This document shows, one piece after another, positions 22,952 through 29,488 of a stretch of 50,597 nucleotides of DNA. The translations under genes and the position numbers were made by a program. The notes under the pieces were generated by a model that was not told where the DNA came from, did no database searches, and saw nothing but the letters and a program-made list of their open reading frames with translations. Numbering within the stretch: position 1 is the first letter of the stretch; each line of letters begins with the position of its first letter. Location: positions 1 to 50,597 of the forward strand of contig CAURTW010000001.1 of the NCBI GenBank assembly GCA_963527705.1, given 5' to 3'. Origin of the DNA: an uncultured Streptococcus sp. GTDB lineage: Bacteria; Bacillota; Bacilli; Lactobacillales; Streptococcaceae.

Positions 22952-23314
22952 CTATAGGTTGATCCCCTTCTCTCGGAGATTTGACAGACACTCCTTATAG
23001 TAGGCAGCATCATGCTCACTATAGATAGGACTTTTCAGCTTTTCCTCTGCTAAATCTTGATAAGGAGGGCAGGTCTTACCTCGGTAGTTCTTGTCCAACC
23101 ACTCTGGACTGACCTTAAAGCCTCGTTTAATCATCTCCTCCATAATCAAGTCATGATAGGCATAGAGACGATAGGGCGAGTGGGTAAAGACATAGTCCAC
23201 CGTTGCGTGCTTTCTGTCCCAGCCATTACCACGCAGGGCGCAACACTCTCGATGTTGCCCCAAGAGTTGAGGACGAGGAAGCTGTGAAATTAAAGCCTCA
23301 TGCCAAAGTCTCAT
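22952..23314 (-). CDS. TIGR02328-family protein (pyrimidine-dimer DNA glycosylase-like)
   Basis: MRLWH...LLGQHRECCALRG N-terminus and EMxxRG motif. Confidence 0.8.
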   Translation of the reverse strand: MRLWHEALISQLPRPQLLGQHRECCALRGNGWDRKHATVDYVFTHSPYRLYAYHDLIMEEMIKRGFKVSPEWLDKNYRGKTCPPYQDLAEEKLKSPIYSEHDAAYYKECLSNLREKGINL

Positions 23315-23702
23315 GGGAGTCTCCTTTCAGTAAAGTCGAATGTTGCAAGTATGTATTTGGGTAACGTTCCAGTAAATCTCTCGTCTTAGCAATTAAGTCT
23401 TCTTTGGTGGCATGACCAGAGTGATAACGCTCCAGTAAAAACATATAATCCTTGCGTTCAGTCTCCGTTGCTTTCTTCTTGAAATATCCCCAAATATGCT
23501 GAAAGGCATTGCAAACCTGACCCCTGTGTTCTGGAATCTGACAGGCACGGTCAATCATCTCCTGAACCTGACTCACTTCCACCTCTTCATTCTTCAAGTA
23601 TTGGCGAATCTCATTGTAAATATTGCTGGAATGGCTCAAAACAAGGTATTTATTTTCCGCCCAGAGTCGCTGACAAAGGGCACGTTGGTTGTTATTTTCC
23701 AT
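23298..23702 (-). CDS. YbgA/DUF1722-family protein
   Basis: WAENKYLVLSHS, NAFQHIWGYFKK and C-terminal YL motif. RBS aggag. Confidence 0.8.
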   Translation of the reverse strand: MENNNQRALCQRLWAENKYLVLSHSSNIYNEIRQYLKNEEVEVSQVQEMIDRACQIPEHRGQVCNAFQHIWGYFKKKATETERKDYMFLLERYHSGHATKEDLIAKTRDLLERYPNTYLQHSTLLKGDSHETLA

Positions 23703-23744
23703 ATTTCTCCTTACTTTCTACTAGTTCCCCGGAAATATGGAAAC

Positions 23745-23771
23745 AAAGTTATATCTTAAAAATGAGCGAAT
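23745..23771 (+). repeat. 27-bp direct repeat, copy 1
   Basis: aaagttatatcttaaaaatgagcgaat, 25/27 identical to 24961-24987. ATGAGCG recurs with 11-nt period at 23762, 23773 and 23784. Confidence 0.8.
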
Positions 23772-24027
23772 TATGAGCGGAATATGAGCGAATAAATAGT
23801 GTTTTTTGTACTTCCTGATTTTTCTAATAAACCTTGGTTTACAGATAGTTGGAGATAACGACAAATGGTTGCTGCACTCAATCCTGTCAATTCTTGTACC
23901 ACTGCATTTGTTATCTGATAATGCTCTTCAAGATAAGACTCTAACCCACTCACCCCATACGACCATTCCCATCTTCAAAAGGTGGAATAATTTCTAACTC
24001 AAAATGTACAATAAACCATTCATCTCT
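23771..24027 (-). pseudogene. Degenerate Fic + C-terminal winged-HTH remnant
   Basis: 24027-23950 reads RDEWFIVHFELEIIPPFEDGNGRMG*, a decayed HPFxDGNGR motif. 23953-23771 encodes a wHTH (ITNAVVQELTGLSAATICRYL...GSTKNTIY). Confidence 0.7.
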
Positions 24028-24798
24028 TTAGTCTATTTCTAAATCATATTGCCCAGCTAATAAGAGATTTTCAAAAAATCGTTCCAGATATTCTGTTTTT
24101 TTCTGGAATAGCTTTGCATTATCAAGAACAAGAGCATCTCGAAAATACTTTGCATTTTCTTGGAAGGGTTTGTTGTCTACTTGAAATCCCATAGTTCTAA
24201 GATACTTAATCAAGAATACGGTTATGGTTCGAGTATTTCCTTCTCCAAAAGGATGAATTTGCCAAATACCTGAAATAAAAGTCTTAATATGTTGCACTAC
24301 TTCAATATCAGATTTTCCTCGATAGTCAAATTGACTTTCCTGCTGAAAATCATAGGTCAAACTATCTGCTACCGTGCGAAAATCATCATATATGACACTG
24401 TCTCCGTTTAAAACAGCCTCACTTTTTATAATGTTATAAGAGCGGTATTCTCCCAAGGGAATGCCTTGTGGCAGGAGACCAAAGAAAAGCTCTCTATGAA
24501 TCACTTTCAATGTTGTTGGAGCAAATTTAAAGGCATTAGAGGACAAGAGTTCCACAATTCTCATAGCAACAAGGTCTGCTTCTCTTGTGCTATCATCCGT
24601 CTCTTGGTGATAAGCCGTTACTTGATTATAAACTTCTTGATAAGTCAACTTTCCTTGAGAATTTTGCTCTGCTAGCTCTCTCATATACGACGACGGCTCT
24701 AAATCATCTACCTTTTGTAAACCAAATCCCGTTTCCCATAGGTCTAATTTGGTCTGATAAGAGAGGCTGGGATTATCAATTTCATAGGTCGGTGTCAT
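24028..24798 (-). CDS. Fic-domain protein with N-terminal VbhA-like antitoxin region
   Basis: HPFGEGNTRT Fic motif and N-terminal WETGFGLQKVDDLEPS. RBS gaaagga precedes ATG 24798. Confidence 0.85.
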   Translation of the reverse strand: MTPTYEIDNPSLSYQTKLDLWETGFGLQKVDDLEPSSYMRELAEQNSQGKLTYQEVYNQVTAYHQETDDSTREADLVAMRIVELLSSNAFKFAPTTLKVIHRELFFGLLPQGIPLGEYRSYNIIKSEAVLNGDSVIYDDFRTVADSLTYDFQQESQFDYRGKSDIEVVQHIKTFISGIWQIHPFGEGNTRTITVFLIKYLRTMGFQVDNKPFQENAKYFRDALVLDNAKLFQKKTEYLERFFENLLLAGQYDLEID

Positions 24799-24960
24799 GG
24801 TTTTCCTTTCTAAACAAAGCTTCAAGTAAAATCTACACACTCTATTCTACCATATTAAATCTTTAAGCTCGTTATACAAGTTCACAGTTCTCCGTTCTAT
24901 CGAGCTTGAAGAAAGCCCCTCCTCGCTAATGTTAGAAAATACAACTATATCAGCCTAGAT

Positions 24961-24987
24961 AAAGTTTTATCTTAAATATGAGCGAAT
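24961..24987 (+). repeat. 27-bp direct repeat, copy 2
   Basis: aaagttttatcttaaatatgagcgaat, immediately downstream of the hsdM stop. Confidence 0.8.
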
Positions 24988-24999
24988 CAATTACTCTCA

Positions 25000-26607
25000 T
25001 CACCCTTTAAAATGCTTCAAGAACTCTTCGAGTTCAGCATCGGCTTCTGGTGTAGTTCCGTGGAGTTGACCGAGCATTTCGAGTAGGGAAGCGGTTTGGT
25101 TTTGGATTGCTTGATTTGTCGTGTTGATCTTGCTGACGATATCTGTCAGTGGTTCGACTTCTTCTTCCTCAAAGGTATCTACATAGCGAGGGATATTGAG
25201 GTTGTAGTCATTTTCAACGATTTCTTCATAACTCGCCAGATGGGCAAACTTGTCAATCTCCTCACGTGACTTGTAGGCTTCCAGAATCTTCTCGATATGA
25301 ACATCCGTCATGATATTCTGATTTTTCCCCTTATCAAACTCCTTAGAGGCATCGATAAAGTAGACATCACGACTGGTGCGGTTCTTTTTGAGAATGATAA
25401 CCGTGGTCGGAATGCTGGTATTAAAGAAGATATTGGCAGGAAGACCAATTACTGTATCAATAGCCCCTTCTTCTAACAAGGCCTTACGAATGGTTCCCTC
25501 CGCATTTCCACGGAAAAGAACCCCGTGGGGAAGGACGATAGCCATGACCCCATTATCCTGCTTGAGATGGTAGTAACCATGCAAGAGAAAGGCAAAGTCA
25601 GCCTTGGACTGGGGTGCCAGTTTTCCAAAAGGAGAGAAACGAGGATCCGCCATAAAGCCAGAATTAGCTGACCACTTGGCAGAGTAGGGTGGGTTCATGA
25701 GAACACCGTCAAAGTTAGTCGGTTCTTGAGTCGGCCAGTCTTCATCCAAGGTATCGGCATTGTGGAGAAATTGATTTTCAACTGGAACACCGTGTAGAAT
25801 CATGTTCATTCGAGCCAAGTTATAGGTTGAGGTATTGAGCTCCTGACCAAAGTAGACCACTGTCTGCGGTTTATGAGAGTATTTCTTGGCATTGAGCAAG
25901 AGAGAGCCAGACCCCATAGTCGCATCATAGATGGTAAAACCTAGCTGGTCCTCACGACCCAAAAAGGCAATCTGAGTCATGAGTTTGGCAACAGGTTGAG
26001 GTGTATAGAACTCACCAGCCTTCTTACCCGAGTCAGTCGCAAACTGACCAATCAGATACTCATAAGCATCCCCAAGCATATCACCAGCATGACCAGCCAC
26101 ATCTAGCACAGCCAACTCTTTCATGACTGCCGCCACCGTTTGGTTTTGCTTTTGCGGAGTTGCCCCTAGCTTTTTGGAATAGAGGTCAATATCTTCAAAG
26201 AGATTTTCATAGAGTTCATCACTCTGCTCGATATCTCGAAAACCCTGAGCCAAATATTCTAACTGAAAAGAATTTTCATTGACACGTGCTAGCAGAGCCG
26301 TAAATGTCAGGTTAGGCTTGATGATATAGTTAAGCTCATCTTTTATAACAGATACCAGATCTTCATGAGTCTCCGCATCCTCGTAGTAATTGCGATAGAC
26401 CTCAAGGGCATCCTCAAGACTATCTATCCCCTCTTCCATGGTCTCAGCCACGAAAAAGAGCATCTTGTCTGACAGATACTTATAAAAGACCATGCCCAAA
26501 AGATAGGACTTATATTCATTAGCATCCATCTTAGAGCGGAGAACATCCGCTGAATCCCACAGGGCTTGGGAGAGTGACTTGGAAGTTTGTGTTGTTTCTT
26601 TAATCAT
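25000..26607 (-). CDS. hsdM: Type I R-M methyltransferase subunit (m6A)
   Basis: GEFYTP, DATMGSG (motif I), NPPY (motif IV), GVLFRG and YNLNIPRYV. Confidence 0.96.
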   Translation of the reverse strand: MIKETTQTSKSLSQALWDSADVLRSKMDANEYKSYLLGMVFYKYLSDKMLFFVAETMEEGIDSLEDALEVYRNYYEDAETHEDLVSVIKDELNYIIKPNLTFTALLARVNENSFQLEYLAQGFRDIEQSDELYENLFEDIDLYSKKLGATPQKQNQTVAAVMKELAVLDVAGHAGDMLGDAYEYLIGQFATDSGKKAGEFYTPQPVAKLMTQIAFLGREDQLGFTIYDATMGSGSLLLNAKKYSHKPQTVVYFGQELNTSTYNLARMNMILHGVPVENQFLHNADTLDEDWPTQEPTNFDGVLMNPPYSAKWSANSGFMADPRFSPFGKLAPQSKADFAFLLHGYYHLKQDNGVMAIVLPHGVLFRGNAEGTIRKALLEEGAIDTVIGLPANIFFNTSIPTTVIILKKNRTSRDVYFIDASKEFDKGKNQNIMTDVHIEKILEAYKSREEIDKFAHLASYEEIVENDYNLNIPRYVDTFEEEEVEPLTDIVSKINTTNQAIQNQTASLLEMLGQLHGTTPEADAELEEFLKHFKG

Positions 26608-26634
26608 AAATCTAATTTTTTTCTTTCTTTCTTT

Positions 26635-28227
26635 TTAAACTACTGGAATTTTTAAAATTGAATAATTAAATCCCATGCTTTTTAATTGTTGAATCGCATT
26701 GAATAAATTAACCATTGAAAAGAATGGTAATATATCAGAATTTTTTACTCCTCCTTTTACTCGTTTATCTAAAATTGCAAATACAATTTCCAACTCATTA
26801 TTTGTCTCTGATAGATTCAGTATTTTACAACCGCATTTTTTATTAATGAATTTTTTCATTTTAATATCCTGAGCTAATATAGTGGCAGACACAACACCCT
26901 GAGAAAATAAATGACTTAATTTTGACGAAGAACCTCCTTTTTTTACATGAATTAACTTTTTGTCTTTGGTCACAATATCTGCCACTTCAACACTACTTCT
27001 TCCATAGCTATCCCCATGATACATTTCTTTATCCAATATATAGTAATCTGGATGACTTGCAGAAAATGCTTTATTAAAATCTCCTTCACTCTGTCCATTA
27101 GAAGCTAGGAGAACAATTGGAATCATAGTATCCACAATATTATCAATTTCAGTTTTTATAGTATTAAAAAATTTTTTATTAATTTTATACCAAGAACCAT
27201 AACATAAAATATATTTTTCTTTGTTATAATCTATTTCGAAAATTAATGATGAATATAAGCTTCCAACTATACTTTCCTCATCTGTGTCTTTATATTTGGT
27301 AACTAATTTATTCCGTTTTAAAGACGATATAAGAGAGCTATTTGATTTATTTTTTCCTATTGTTGAGAAATATGCATTCGAATCAATTTCAATTGAAAAC
27401 TCTTTTTCTCTTTTTCCAGTTCCAGTAAGAAAAAAGCCTTCTATATTCTCCCAATCAAGTAAAGTATTAGGAGCAATAGTTGGATAGTGCCCCGTTGTTA
27501 TCTCTAGGTATAATTGATTATCTAAATCGGATTTTAAATTTTTTTCTCTCACTTCCAAGATATTATCAAGCCATGAAAAACCATTGTTTTTATAATCATC
27601 TTTTTTATAACTACTAAAATAATAATCAATACTTTCTTTAATATCAGTTATACTCATTTTTCGACTAGCTACTAAACTATCTGTTCCTACCAGAAATGTT
27701 GCCACACTTTCCTGACTAGGTGCTCCAGAAACGGATTGTAGTAAATTTTTTCGAGTATCTAAATCAAATATATCTTGAGAAGCATAAATTGAACTTTGTC
27801 TTTGGGATGAGACTATGACATCTTCAATGCTAGTTATATTCATACTTCTTATTTTATCTTTATCAATTAGATTTGCCGCTACTTTCAAACCAAAATTTCT
27901 AACTATTTTTAAATCATTTAGCATTGATCTGCCATAACCATAAGTTATACTAAAAAACCTATTTCTTAGCTTCACTACAACCACGGCTTTATTGGGAACA
28001 TTTTCAGAAAACTTTATTTTTAGGGCAGATAGTTGATTTAACTCATCCTGCCAAGAAGGCAATTTAGGATCTGATTTCTGAACAAATATTTTCCCATTTA
28101 GTCCAATTTTACTATTTAATGGGTATTCATCATACTTAATCTTATTTTTTAGACAGTCTTCAAATTTTTTAACTGATTTGCTATTAAGAAACAAAGAAAT
28201 TTGAGTCGTTTTTAATCTTTTCGTCAT
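26635..28227 (-). CDS. TIGR04141/DUF6119-like protein with C-terminal PD-(D/E)xK-like nuclease motif
   Basis: TYGYGRSML, NFGLKVAAN, GSWYKI and VEVADIV...LIHVK...SSKLSHLFSQG. Strongly AT-rich. RBS ggag precedes ATG 28227. Confidence 0.7.
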   Translation of the reverse strand: MTKRLKTTQISLFLNSKSVKKFEDCLKNKIKYDEYPLNSKIGLNGKIFVQKSDPKLPSWQDELNQLSALKIKFSENVPNKAVVVVKLRNRFFSITYGYGRSMLNDLKIVRNFGLKVAANLIDKDKIRSMNITSIEDVIVSSQRQSSIYASQDIFDLDTRKNLLQSVSGAPSQESVATFLVGTDSLVASRKMSITDIKESIDYYFSSYKKDDYKNNGFSWLDNILEVREKNLKSDLDNQLYLEITTGHYPTIAPNTLLDWENIEGFFLTGTGKREKEFSIEIDSNAYFSTIGKNKSNSSLISSLKRNKLVTKYKDTDEESIVGSLYSSLIFEIDYNKEKYILCYGSWYKINKKFFNTIKTEIDNIVDTMIPIVLLASNGQSEGDFNKAFSASHPDYYILDKEMYHGDSYGRSSVEVADIVTKDKKLIHVKKGGSSSKLSHLFSQGVVSATILAQDIKMKKFINKKCGCKILNLSETNNELEIVFAILDKRVKGGVKNSDILPFFSMVNLFNAIQQLKSMGFNYSILKIPVV

Positions 28228-28240
28228 AGTCTCTCCAATC

Positions 28241-29473
28241 TTAAACAAACATATCTTTCAAAAGTTTCTTTTTCAAGGTTTCAAGCTGAGAAATTTTTTC
28301 TTGATGAGCATCGATGAGGTTATCGAGGTTGGTGAAGCATGTGCCGATGGCCTGTTGTTCAGCTATTGATGGTAAATAAAATGGAATCTCCGAAAAAGTT
28401 GGAAACTGTACACGTTGTTTTTCAATTAGTGTTCCTGTAGCAAACTGTTTATATTGATAAATTGCGTACGTTGTTTTCAATAGAATTTTTAAAAAATCAT
28501 TATCAAATTTTTCTACATCTGTATTTTTCATCACAACATAATAACCAGAAACTGAAATAGTAACTTCATTGTTATTTAAATCCAAAGCACCCAATGTAAG
28601 ATTCATTGGATTATAAACAAACTCATTTAAGTCAACCTTTTTAAATTTGTCATTCTTTTTTACCAAAAAATCTCTTTTATAACGATCTGTTTTAGGTGTT
28701 AATCCCTTTTCGACTGTTAAGCTCCATAACTCGTTTTCTACAGAAGGTTCAGTGTAATTTGATACTTGTTCAAAAACATCACCTAGGTAATACTTCTCCC
28801 ACTCTCCTTCAAATCCTTCCAAACGAATCTCAGATACTGTCTGTCCAGCTTTCGGGAACATCTTGGAGAGCATGCTCGTTTTGAGAGATTGGTAGTTAGC
28901 AATATTATCCTTGTAGTAAGCCAAAAGGTCATCAAGGGTACGGAAGAGGGAGCCGATTGCGGATTGTTCAGGGAGAGATGGGACACTCATTTTCATACTT
29001 TTCAATATTGCACTAGATAAATTTCCAATCGCACCATTTCCGCCTTGTACAAATTGTAACACTCTTTTATACTCATTTGAACTCATCCAAGCATTTACGA
29101 AGGAATTCTGCTCAGTTTTAAACAATAACATAAAACCACCATGGACAACTATTTCATCACCTGGTAAATTCTTTATAATTGCATGTTTTCCGACTAGCTT
29201 AGTGGATCCATTAGCTGCAGTTACTAAAATATCTCCATTGCTTACTCGGGGAATATTTATCACATCTTTACTTACAAACACATCATCATCTGATATCACG
29301 AAGGAATCATCTACTATGTTCGAGCTTCTTAAAACCCGTGCTCCCTTACTTCTTACGTCGGTTGGTTTATAGGTCAGACCTCTTCTTACTTCTACTTGAG
29401 ATAATAACGAAGACGTCCGCCAATAATTGTTAAAATTATCAAATCTTAAAATAGGTAAGATTTTCTCTTCCAT
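28241..29473 (-). CDS. hsdS: Type I R-M specificity subunit, two TRDs
   Basis: Repeated conserved regions PSLPEQSAIG...MLSKMF and PSIAEQQAIG...LLKDMF, with PILRF and EIRLEGFEGEW linkers. Confidence 0.95.
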   Translation of the reverse strand: MEEKILPILRFDNFNNYWRTSSLLSQVEVRRGLTYKPTDVRSKGARVLRSSNIVDDSFVISDDDVFVSKDVINIPRVSNGDILVTAANGSTKLVGKHAIIKNLPGDEIVVHGGFMLLFKTEQNSFVNAWMSSNEYKRVLQFVQGGNGAIGNLSSAILKSMKMSVPSLPEQSAIGSLFRTLDDLLAYYKDNIANYQSLKTSMLSKMFPKAGQTVSEIRLEGFEGEWEKYYLGDVFEQVSNYTEPSVENELWSLTVEKGLTPKTDRYKRDFLVKKNDKFKKVDLNEFVYNPMNLTLGALDLNNNEVTISVSGYYVVMKNTDVEKFDNDFLKILLKTTYAIYQYKQFATGTLIEKQRVQFPTFSEIPFYLPSIAEQQAIGTCFTNLDNLIDAHQEKISQLETLKKKLLKDMFV

Positions 29474-29488
29474 TTATTTTTTCTCCAT

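Noticed and set aside
23745..23795. CRISPR array
   Set aside because: Only three short 11-nt-period units without spacers, and no cas genes.
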